Assembly: GCF_000092465.1 (NCBI RefSeq) | Contig: NC_014205.1 | Span: forward strand, 570,001 to 602,000 | DNA length: 32,000 nucleotides | Direction of reading: 5' to 3' | DNA from: Staphylothermus hellenicus DSM 12710 | GTDB taxonomy: Archaea > Thermoproteota > Thermoprotei_A > Sulfolobales > Desulfurococcaceae | Part shown: piece by piece, positions 8,969 through 16,508 of the stretch | Layout: every line of letters begins with the position of its first letter | Numbering within the stretch: the first letter of the stretch is position 1 | Notes under the pieces: generated by a model | What the model was told of the DNA's origin: nothing | Database searches by the model: none | The model's input: the letters and a program-made list of their open reading frames with translations, nothing else | Position numbers and translations under genes: made by a program

Positions 8969-9487
8969 ATGATCTTTCTTAGGAGGAAAAAGAACCCCTT
9001 AGAAATAGCTAAGAATGAAGCAGAACAAGTTATCGAGGTCACTAGTCCAGCCTTCAAGCATGGTGAACGAATACCTAGAAAATACACGTGTGAAGGAGAA
9101 GATATTTCGCCGCCACTACGATTCGAGAATATACCGGATAATACAGCTGAACTAGCCTTAATCATGTATGATCCCGATGCTCCGATAGGAATATTTCATC
9201 ACTGGCTACTATACGACATATCTCCTGATACTAAGGAGTTGCCGGAGAACATTCCTAAGGAGGATGAAACAGAGTATGGGGTTCAGGGTAGAAATGATTT
9301 CGGCAGAATAGGTTATGGTGGTCCATGCCCCCCGAGAGGTCATGGAAGACACCGGTACTATTTCCTAGTATTAGCTCTTAGAGAGGAAACAGGTCTTACA
9401 GCTGGTGCTAGACCTTCTGATGTATTAGAAGCTGTTAAGGATAAGATCATAGGTTATGGAGTATTGATGGGAACTTATAGTAGGTGA
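8969..9487 (+). CDS. PEBP / YbhB-YbcL family (Raf-kinase-inhibitor-like) protein
   Basis: VTSPAFKHGERIPRKYTCEGEDISPPLRFENIP...LIMYDPDAP...HWLLYDI...GYGGPCPPRGHGRHRYYF are the hallmark PEBP motifs. The track ORF starts at a TTG (8897). I prefer ATG 8969 (alternative ATG 8948), which follows a TATA-like ATATATAA at about 8933. Confidence 0.8.
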   Translation: MIFLRRKKNPLEIAKNEAEQVIEVTSPAFKHGERIPRKYTCEGEDISPPLRFENIPDNTAELALIMYDPDAPIGIFHHWLLYDISPDTKELPENIPKEDETEYGVQGRNDFGRIGYGGPCPPRGHGRHRYYFLVLALREETGLTAGARPSDVLEAVKDKIIGYGVLMGTYSR

Positions 9488-10194
9488 AGAAGGTCTAGTA
9501 GGTTAGTAATGCAAGGATCAGGATCATTGGCTCTGCAACGGGTTCTCCAACCATAATATATGGTTTTTAAACCCGCTTTTCTCGCCGAATACACGTCGTG
9601 TTCAAGCGAGTCTCCAACATGTATTATATTACCGGGATCAACTCCTAGAACACCGGCTATCTCCTCATAGAATCTATGATCAGACTTAGGTATGCCTATG
9701 AGTTGAGTGCTGAAAACCATGGAGAAATAATGGGATACATTATTGTATTCTAGTATCTTCAACGCTAAATCATGTGCGCCGGTAGCAGTTGTTAAGATCA
9801 ACCTATAACCCCTACCTCTAAGGTATTGAAGCAAATATTTATGCTGAGGAAATATAGTGAAAAGCTTTGCTGATTCATTTATGTAGTAACTATATATTTC
9901 CTCTAGAAAAACATGATCTACTTCTGCGCCGAGCCTATAAAGCATTTTAGCTAACACATATTTATGCCAAAGCTCCCTCCTAGGCCCTTTTCTCCGGGTC
10001 TCCCTCCATAATCTCCTATATAATTCATGAGGGTTATCCCTATATTTCACCGGGTATCCTCGAGATCTAGTGATCTCTAATATTTCCTTAAAGATCTCTA
10101 CCCTGCTATCATAACCAGGCTTACATCCAGGCTCCCAGAAAAGCGTGCAAGCCATGTCAAAGCTTATAATAGTTTTTCGTGGGTCAATAAACAT
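9475..10194 (-). CDS. HAD-superfamily hydrolase (subfamily IA-like)
   Basis: Motif I is FDMACTL, with the nucleophile Asp present and the second Asp replaced by Ala, as in dehalogenase-type members. Motif IV is HVGDSLEHDVYSARKAGLKTI. The 3' end overlaps the convergent PEBP gene by 13 nt. Confidence 0.75.
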   Translation of the reverse strand: MFIDPRKTIISFDMACTLFWEPGCKPGYDSRVEIFKEILEITRSRGYPVKYRDNPHELYRRLWRETRRKGPRRELWHKYVLAKMLYRLGAEVDHVFLEEIYSYYINESAKLFTIFPQHKYLLQYLRGRGYRLILTTATGAHDLALKILEYNNVSHYFSMVFSTQLIGIPKSDHRFYEEIAGVLGVDPGNIIHVGDSLEHDVYSARKAGLKTIYYGWRTRCRANDPDPCITNLLDLLHLL

Positions 10195-10724
10195 TTTATA
10201 ATAAACCCCCCAGCCTTCATAGTTGATTAATGATAGGGTAGTCTGGTGAATACTTTATTTTACCATCAGAAATAACCATTTCCTATACTAAGTTAATAGA
10301 TAATTTCTATAGCAACATTATTACTTCCTCAAGGAATGCATTCATATTAAATTTTAAACTCTAAAAAATAAAAGCCTCGGCATGCTCGACTACCACATTT
10401 AATGAAGGCATTATTTAAAAGACTCCACCAATAAATAATGGATCATGATCTAGGAATCTAATGGTTAAGAGCTACTGTTAAGTCTCTACATAAACTTCTT
10501 TCCCATAAACAACATATCTAGTTAATCTTAATTATTGTATTTGGTTCAGAATTTTACATCTATGCTTAATATGTATTATTTAAAAACAATATACAGGCTT
10601 TGAAACTAACTAGTCTAAATACCATATTATAAAGTCTTATATTTTCATTAACCATTCTTTGTTCCTGTAATAAACTAAAATATTTATAAATTATTAATTA
10701 AAATGTATTCAAATTGGTGTAGTA

Positions 10725-11984
10725 ATGATGTATCTTCGTATTTGTTGTATCCTAATAATATTAATCTATATGTCATTATTTACATGTGTATCTATGGCTA
10801 GTAATGTTTCCCAATATTATTGGTTGAGGCCCGGCGCCTACTTTAAGTATAGGCTTACGGTTTCGCCGCCGGAAAAAATAATTATCCATGATAAAATTAA
10901 CGATGTAAAATACGTTGCTGACCCCAGCAGTAGCAGTATATTCTTTTACTGGGAAATAGTTAATGTGGAGAAGAACTTTTTTATAGCTAGAATTGGGATC
11001 AATGCTTCTAATGTATTAAATGAAAAGACCAATACTTTTACAAATTATACCTTCACTGAGGAGTTCATGGTTAAAATAGATACTCTGGATACTTACAGTA
11101 TAACTAGTGATGGGAGAAGGGGGGCATGGGTGGGTGAGTGGCCTTATTTATTACAACCAATACTCACCTCTAAGAAGGGAGTAAAATTACTATATTTTTC
11201 AGATGGAGATATATGTCTTGTAGGTGTTAATGAGACAGATTTTATTCGGGATGTGAAAAGGATTAATGAGACTGTCTATAGAATTAGTAATGGAACGAGA
11301 ACATATTCGCCTATACCATCATCGGGGGTTGAAGTGGAGCGTTCGGGCTCATCGGAATCATCTTCTGCGTTCTGTATAAGTAACTGGACTGCCATATTTG
11401 CATTCATCAACCCTCCACCAGCTTCTTCACAGTATAATTTATCTGGAATAGTTTTGGGAGCTGAGAGAATAGCTTCAAGTCCTAAGATTAAATTTATTAG
11501 TTACAACGGCGAAGACGTTCCCCTATTCAATACACTTTATAATAATAGTAAGCGGGGCCTAATAGTTGATAGTATTTGTAAATACAATAATGTATTAATT
11601 GATCCTATGGGAAGAGTATATGCTGTAATGATTGTTAGCGTACAAGTTATGTATGATTCGATCACTGGTGTTCTCTTAAAAGCCCATTCTCCCGAGGAGC
11701 CATTGTTTGTATTACCATTTCCATGTCTTTGGGAAAAGATCCAGATTACTTATAAACAGATAGTGCCAAAACCAGCTGACTTCACCATTGAACTGATTGA
11801 GACAAATATTAATTTCTCTAGACCCATTATAGGGGGAACAGAGTCGTTGCCGGAAACTACGGCTCCTCAGAGATCTAGAGGTACGTCTAGCGGTACAATA
11901 TGGGTTATTGTGATCGGGATAACTGTAATTGCAGCTTTAACATTTGTTTTCTACTTGAAACAATTGAGAAAGCGCCACATATAA
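10725..11984 (+). CDS. Secreted, C-terminally membrane-anchored surface protein with many N-glycosylation sequons; function unknown
   Basis: There is an N-terminal signal-like hydrophobic segment (ILIILIYMSLFTCVSMA). At least 10 NxS/T sequons are present. The body is beta-rich, followed by a Ser/Thr/Pro linker (PETTAPQRSRGTSSG), a single C-terminal TM helix and a basic tail (KQLRKRHI). Confidence 0.6.
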   Translation: MMYLRICCILIILIYMSLFTCVSMASNVSQYYWLRPGAYFKYRLTVSPPEKIIIHDKINDVKYVADPSSSSIFFYWEIVNVEKNFFIARIGINASNVLNEKTNTFTNYTFTEEFMVKIDTLDTYSITSDGRRGAWVGEWPYLLQPILTSKKGVKLLYFSDGDICLVGVNETDFIRDVKRINETVYRISNGTRTYSPIPSSGVEVERSGSSESSSAFCISNWTAIFAFINPPPASSQYNLSGIVLGAERIASSPKIKFISYNGEDVPLFNTLYNNSKRGLIVDSICKYNNVLIDPMGRVYAVMIVSVQVMYDSITGVLLKAHSPEEPLFVLPFPCLWEKIQITYKQIVPKPADFTIELIETNINFSRPIIGGTESLPETTAPQRSRGTSSGTIWVIVIGITVIAALTFVFYLKQLRKRHI

Positions 11985-12045
11985 AGACACAACAGTTATT
12001 CAATGGTGGATGTGCAGGAAAAATTATTTGATTAGTGGTGAGAAG

Positions 12046-12642
12046 ATGTGGAGGGCGTGGAGAATTAGGTTACCGATGGCATCCCTAATGCTTCTACTAT
12101 TACTACTAGTATTGCTTCAAATATATTGGGTAGCTGTTCTTGAGGATGGTAAGGAATTTAGTAGAGGCACTTTAGTCCTGGGCTCCGGAATTCAGCATTC
12201 TTTATATAGAAACTATGTCCTACACTCGGACACCGGCTATGCATTATTGGGGCGTGGTGATAGATTATCTATAGATGCTATTGTTTCGGGTACTTCTTCG
12301 TGGCAGTATATATTGACTGTAGTGGATTTAGCATCTGGTGAAACTTATAGCTATAATGCAACATATTATTCGTCAAGAGCTCCAACACCACTATTCATAG
12401 CTCCCAAGTCAAGTCTATACTATTACAACTTGACCATAGTTAGTTTATCCAATGTATCTGAATGGACGATTAATATAAAAATTAGTGGACAACAAGTTGC
12501 TAGACAAGATGTTATTATGAGGCTTCCAATAGCCACTATAATTATCTTATTCTTTTCCCTCATCATAGGCTTTCTCATTAATTCAGTTGAGTTTAAGAAT
12601 AACTTTATAGATCTGCTTTCATGGGAGTTTAGAACTCTATAG
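12046..12642 (+). CDS. Bitopic membrane protein (N- and C-terminal TM helices, extracytoplasmic domain with NxS/T sequons); function unknown
   Basis: ATG 12046 is preceded by GGTGAG, and I prefer it to the track start at 12010. The protein has an N-terminal TM (LMLLLLLLVLLQIYWVAVL) and a C-terminal TM (LPIATIIILFFSLIIGFLI). It lies in the same-strand cluster as the ABC ATPase. Confidence 0.55.
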   Translation: MWRAWRIRLPMASLMLLLLLLVLLQIYWVAVLEDGKEFSRGTLVLGSGIQHSLYRNYVLHSDTGYALLGRGDRLSIDAIVSGTSSWQYILTVVDLASGETYSYNATYYSSRAPTPLFIAPKSSLYYYNLTIVSLSNVSEWTINIKISGQQVARQDVIMRLPIATIIILFFSLIIGFLINSVEFKNNFIDLLSWEFRTL

Positions 12643-12720
12643 ATCTGGGTATTCTATTTCATAACTCTATACACGTATACATTGTTTTATCTAAATCTAT
12701 CATCTATTATAGGTAGGAAC

Positions 12721-13335
12721 ATGTATGTGTTATTATCGCCCATAGCATTTAGCAGAAAATCAGACTTCTTCATAGTATACTTATTACTAGCGGCTTCTAT
12801 TACAACCATGCTCTATACTTATCAGTGGGAAATAAGATTGGATAGAACTATGGATCTACTGCCTCTTAGCAGAGTTAGGAGATTCTTTATTAGGTTACTT
12901 CTAATATTTATTCTCCTGTATCTACCAATAGTACTTGCAACATTACTAGTATACTTTATATGGTTGCCCAACCTCATAATAGGTAATCCAGTTCTATTCT
13001 TTAACGTTTATTCTATGGAGCTACTTTACTATGTTTGCATAGTACTCGTTATCATATCATTTTCCCTATTACCAGCAGTATTTGTGCCTAGAACAAGTCT
13101 AGCACTACCTACAGCGGCATTACCGGGTATAATAATATACATGGAGGTTTTCCAGAGCTTATTAGGTTTTGATTTCAAGAGATACCTAACCGAATATGAT
13201 CCATATACTCATCTAAACGATCCTTGGCTGAACACGGTGCCAAGCCCATTTGATCTCTTATATATAGTGGCAATATTCTTTATTATCACAACATTACTAT
13301 CTCTCTTCACATATATACGTAGGGAGAATCCGTGA
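12721..13335 (+). CDS. Polytopic membrane protein, putative permease partner of the downstream ABC ATPase
   Basis: The protein has about 5-6 hydrophobic helices. I prefer ATG 12721 to the TTG at 12682. Its stop (13333-13335) is 6 nt from the ATG of the ATPase gene. Confidence 0.55.
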   Translation: MYVLLSPIAFSRKSDFFIVYLLLAASITTMLYTYQWEIRLDRTMDLLPLSRVRRFFIRLLLIFILLYLPIVLATLLVYFIWLPNLIIGNPVLFFNVYSMELLYYVCIVLVIISFSLLPAVFVPRTSLALPTAALPGIIIYMEVFQSLLGFDFKRYLTEYDPYTHLNDPWLNTVPSPFDLLYIVAIFFIITTLLSLFTYIRRENP

Positions 13336-13341
13336 TGAAAA

Positions 13342-14205
13342 ATGACTGTATTAGAGGCAGTTGATCTATGGAAGCTGTTTGGTAGAACTATTGCTTTACG
13401 GAATATTACACTAAGATTTGGTAGAGGCTTATATTTACTTCTGGGACCAAATGGATCCGGTAAGACCACACTTTTAAAACTATGGGCTGGACTCCTAAGA
13501 CCAACAAGGGGTAAGGTATATGTTAAAGGGCTTAATCCATGGAGAAGTAGAGTAGATATTATGAAGTTTATGAGTGTAGAATTTGAGGAAACAATCCTGC
13601 CTTGGTGGAGAAGCGGTAGAGAATATCTTAGATTCGTTGCTAAACAAAAAGGTGTTAAATGGAGCAATGTAGTAGAACTCGCTGAATTATTCAATGTAAC
13701 AGATTATTGGGATAAAATTATTCGTGGCTACTCATCGGGGATGAAAAAGAAAATAATAATTCTAGCAACATTGATGGGAGAGCCAGAAATACTAATACTT
13801 GATGAACCATATACATTACTTGATAGGAATACTGTTGAAAAGCTTAATAAACTACTATTGAAAATGCTAAATACTGTTAAAACAATAGTTATAGCATCAC
13901 ATGTCTTCACGGGGATCGAGGAGAGAGCAAATGGTGTAGCAATACTTATAAATGGTAATCTAGTCTTTCACTCTACTACAGACAAGTTATTAGCAGAGGG
14001 AGAGAAAACATATATATGTAAAACAACGAACCCTATTACACTAGTAGAAATATTGTTTTCTCAAGGAGTGAAGAATATTAGGATAGAAGGAAACACCGTT
14101 TATTTCGAGTCCGATAAACATGTAAAACTACCAGAAAATATTAATTGTTCACTAAAAATAGATATAAGAAGAATATATGAGGATATTCTTGTGAAACTGA
14201 AATAA
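13342..14205 (+). CDS. ABC transporter ATP-binding protein (ABC-2/DrrA-like with C-terminal accessory domain)
   Basis: The motifs are Walker A GPNGSGKTTLLK, signature YSSGMKKK, Walker B ILILDEP and H-loop IASHV. A further ~80 aa beta-rich region forms the C-terminus. Confidence 0.85.
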   Translation: MTVLEAVDLWKLFGRTIALRNITLRFGRGLYLLLGPNGSGKTTLLKLWAGLLRPTRGKVYVKGLNPWRSRVDIMKFMSVEFEETILPWWRSGREYLRFVAKQKGVKWSNVVELAELFNVTDYWDKIIRGYSSGMKKKIIILATLMGEPEILILDEPYTLLDRNTVEKLNKLLLKMLNTVKTIVIASHVFTGIEERANGVAILINGNLVFHSTTDKLLAEGEKTYICKTTNPITLVEILFSQGVKNIRIEGNTVYFESDKHVKLPENINCSLKIDIRRIYEDILVKLK

Positions 14206-14305
14206 TATAGTAATCTAGCGAATACTTCATTTTACCATTGGAAAAATGACCGTTTCCTATATTAAGCTATTTAAATGAATTCTTATAGGAAGGGGTGAGT
14301 ATTTT

Positions 14306-15400
14306 ATGCAGAGAAGTATTGATTGGGGAGAGGTTAGGAGGAAGAGAGAAGAGTTCTGGAATAGTAGCCCAGTTTATAAAGCGATATATGAGCGTATGAA
14401 GAAGCAGGGATACCACTTCATAGGTACTATTGGTGTTGTTAAGCGTTGTCATTGGACTCGTGAAGCATTGGTGAATAGGAGGTTCTGCTATAAATGTTTA
14501 TGGTACGGTATTGAGAGCCATAGATGTGTACAAATGTCCCCGGTTGCAGCATGGTGTTGGCTTAGATGTCTTCATTGCTGGAGGATACAGCCTGAAGATA
14601 TAGGTATGCACTGGGATGAAACAAGGATCCCGGTAGTTGATGATCCAGAAATTATTGCTGAGGAAAGCATAAGGGTACATAGACAAATAGTGGCTGGGTT
14701 CAAGGGTAATCCCAAAGTTGATCCTAGAATGGTTGAAGAGGCAATGAATCCAAAACATGTAGCAATTAGTTTAACAGGAGAACCAACATTGTATCCAAGG
14801 CTAGGAGAACTTATCAGAGAATATCATAGGAGAGGTATGACAACATTCCTAGTAACTCATGGTGTAAGACCAGATATACTAGCTGGACTCGAAGAAGAAC
14901 CTTCACAGCTATATTTAAGCCTAGAAGCTTGGAATAAGCAGAAATTCATGGAGTTCAATAGACCAATAGTTCCCCGTGCATGGGAGCTTATAATGGAAAC
15001 AATAGATTTATTCCCCAGCTTTAAATGTCCCACAGTATACCGTATAACTCTCGTTAAAGGATTCAATGATTCAGATGAAGCACTAGAGGGATTCGCAAAA
15101 CTAATTGAGAGAGGTAATCCAACATATGTGGAAGTTAAAGCATATATGTTCATTGGTTATAGTAGAGGAAGACTAACATCAGCCAATATGCCGTCACACG
15201 AATATGTAAGAGAGATTGCTAAAAAACTTGCTGACCTCACTGGATACATGGTTCTAAGCGAGAGCATCCCTAGTAGAATAGTGCTGCTTAGCAGGATCAA
15301 AGAACCAATTAGGCATGGTAAAGGCTGTCCCGACGGAGTAAAACATCCAGAAAAATATGCATGGGTAATAACACATGAATACGAAGAAATGAAATCCTAA
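14306..15400 (+). CDS. taw1: tRNA 4-demethylwyosine synthase (Taw1/TYW1, radical SAM)
   Basis: GGGGTGAG precedes the ATG. An N-terminal auxiliary cluster has cysteines (CHW..CYKC..HRC), and the radical-SAM motif is CWLRCLHCWR. The sequence continues AISLTGEPTLYP...TFLVTHG...YVEVKAYM, typical of Taw1. Confidence 0.8.
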   Translation: MQRSIDWGEVRRKREEFWNSSPVYKAIYERMKKQGYHFIGTIGVVKRCHWTREALVNRRFCYKCLWYGIESHRCVQMSPVAAWCWLRCLHCWRIQPEDIGMHWDETRIPVVDDPEIIAEESIRVHRQIVAGFKGNPKVDPRMVEEAMNPKHVAISLTGEPTLYPRLGELIREYHRRGMTTFLVTHGVRPDILAGLEEEPSQLYLSLEAWNKQKFMEFNRPIVPRAWELIMETIDLFPSFKCPTVYRITLVKGFNDSDEALEGFAKLIERGNPTYVEVKAYMFIGYSRGRLTSANMPSHEYVREIAKKLADLTGYMVLSESIPSRIVLLSRIKEPIRHGKGCPDGVKHPEKYAWVITHEYEEMKS

Positions 15401-15492
15401 ATATTCGAATAGATAAGAAAGAAACACCTAGGCTTCAAAAAATTGGTTTTAAAAGAATACTTTTAATATGCTTATCAGTGATGACTTGAGCT

Positions 15493-16308
15493 ATGCAAGG
15501 AGAAGATGCTCTTCCAAAAAGACTAAGATTATCTAGTAGAAGAGATGTTGAGAGAAGACTAAGAGAAATAATTTGGATCCTAAAAGATAAACATAAAACA
15601 ATACACTATATTGGCGAGAAGACACTAGATCCAACCACACTATATTCCACACAGAAATACCTTGAATCCGATAAAATGGGCTTAGTTCTCAGAGAAGTAC
15701 TGTTTCACGGGTATGATTCTCCAATCATAGTTATTAGGGGTATTATGTCGAGATACTATATTATAGATGGTCATCATCGTGCTCGAGTAATGCTTTGGCT
15801 GAGAAGAAAAGTGAAGTCTTTAATTCTTAATATTCCAGATTATAAGCCTAGAGTATCTGTTCCAATATGGGAAATAGAATTACTTAATCCACCTGAAAAA
15901 ATTAGTTCATGGCTAAATACTTGGAGACACATTGCTAATATAATACGTTTTATTGAAAAGAAACATGGCGGAATAGCGTATGTTTGGAAAGATAAGCTTG
16001 TCATAAAAGAACTTATTTCCACACAGAAAATAGTCCCCGCTCATCCCAGAAAAATTGTTGAAGAACCAATCCTTGTATATAATTATAGTAAAGATTATTA
16101 TGTCATAGATGGTCACACAAGGGCTTGCACAAAACTGTTGAGAGGAGAAGAAACCATATTAAGCGTGGTTTTCACTTTAGAGAAGAAGATAGGCTTAATA
16201 GATACAGCTATAAAGCTGGGTAAGCAAAGATTCTCGGAAGAGATATGTAGCCGTTTGTCCCCACCGTGTCATTCTGTGTATTTCTGTGTTTATTTATGTC
16301 CACAGTAG
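15493..16308 (+). CDS. Tandem ParB/Srx-fold domain protein (possible free serine kinase SerK-family member)
   Basis: There are two copies of the ParB-N/sulfiredoxin signature, YYIIDGHHRARVML and YYVIDGHTRACTKL. Each is preceded by an L..TQK segment. The last ~18 codons (SRLSPPCHSVYFCVYLCPQ) run into a GC-rich RNA-like element and look non-native. Confidence 0.65.
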   Translation: MQGEDALPKRLRLSSRRDVERRLREIIWILKDKHKTIHYIGEKTLDPTTLYSTQKYLESDKMGLVLREVLFHGYDSPIIVIRGIMSRYYIIDGHHRARVMLWLRRKVKSLILNIPDYKPRVSVPIWEIELLNPPEKISSWLNTWRHIANIIRFIEKKHGGIAYVWKDKLVIKELISTQKIVPAHPRKIVEEPILVYNYSKDYYVIDGHTRACTKLLRGEETILSVVFTLEKKIGLIDTAIKLGKQRFSEEICSRLSPPCHSVYFCVYLCPQ

Positions 16309-16448
16309 GGACTTCCGCCTCTTCCACAACTCCTCTCTTGGGGGTTGTGGGGTCATGGGTGGCTGTTGAGGCCAACGGCACGGGCCTCCCATCTACGGTG
16401 AACCCCCCATGGGTCTCGGAGCATGGCTCCCATCAACCCACAGGGACA
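16255..16448 (-). ncRNA. ~195-nt GC-rich structured RNA of unrecognised class
   Basis: GC content jumps sharply relative to the flanks. Several explicit helices can be written (see finding). G-U pairs occur only when the region is read on the minus strand. A K-turn-like UGAUGG/AUGA internal loop is present. No credible coding frame exists. Confidence 0.55.
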
Positions 16449-16508
16449 TAAACCAATATAAGAAGACATAATCCGGAATACTTAAATTTTTCTGCCTCAT
16501 TAACAATA

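Noticed and set aside
8854-9165. 103-aa minus-strand ORF overlapping the PEBP gene start and the sRNA promoter region.
   Set aside because: It is antisense to a motif-rich PEBP gene and has a low-complexity translation.
10195-10724. Replication origin, considered because of the long AT-rich gene-free spacer and a single CTCCACCAATAAA resembling half of an ORB element.
   Set aside because: There is only one weak ORB-like half-site and no inverted or repeated ORB copies. No orc1/cdc6 gene is adjacent.
13209-13910. Minus-strand ORFs 13209..13694 and 13728..13910, opposite the permease and ABC ATPase genes.
   Set aside because: They are antisense to a gene with canonical Walker A/B and signature motifs, and they have no motifs of their own.
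15478-15484. Perfect C-box heptamer GTGATGA just upstream of the ParB/Srx gene start.
   Set aside because: No D or D' box lies at 12-nt spacing. The surroundings are AT-rich rather than a GC island. The heptamer overlaps the promoter and start region, so it is likely chance.
16400-16429. Group II intron domain V look-alike on the minus strand: GAGCC...GGUUC with the AGC triad and a G-U pair.
   Set aside because: The bulge position and size are wrong (4 G after only 4 bp). There is no GNRA tetraloop, no flanking intron domains and no reverse transcriptase ORF. This is probably a chance resemblance within a larger RNA.
16255-16448. RNase P RNA. On the minus strand, GAGGCGGAAGUCCC directly follows a hairpin, as CR-I (GAGGAAAGUCC) follows P3. 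GACAAACGGCUAC also resembles CR-V (ACAGAAnnCGGCUUA).
   Set aside because: Only ~45 nt, mostly an A/U loop, separate the two strings, so there is no P5-P15 core and no specificity domain. The CR-I-like string has a CG insertion that disrupts the universally conserved A's. The strands do not pair in the canonical P4 register. At ~195 nt the element is too short for type A. The ~140 nt of structure upstream of the P3-like hairpin has no counterpart in RNase P.
16266-16451. 61-aa ORF across the GC-rich element. The analogous case is the 73-aa ORF 31036..31257 across the 16S-like island.
   Set aside because: Both owe their length to the GC-rich, stop-poor RNA-like islands. They have non-ATG or weak starts and no SD or leaderless promoter geometry. 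Their compositions are implausible for proteins of this genome.
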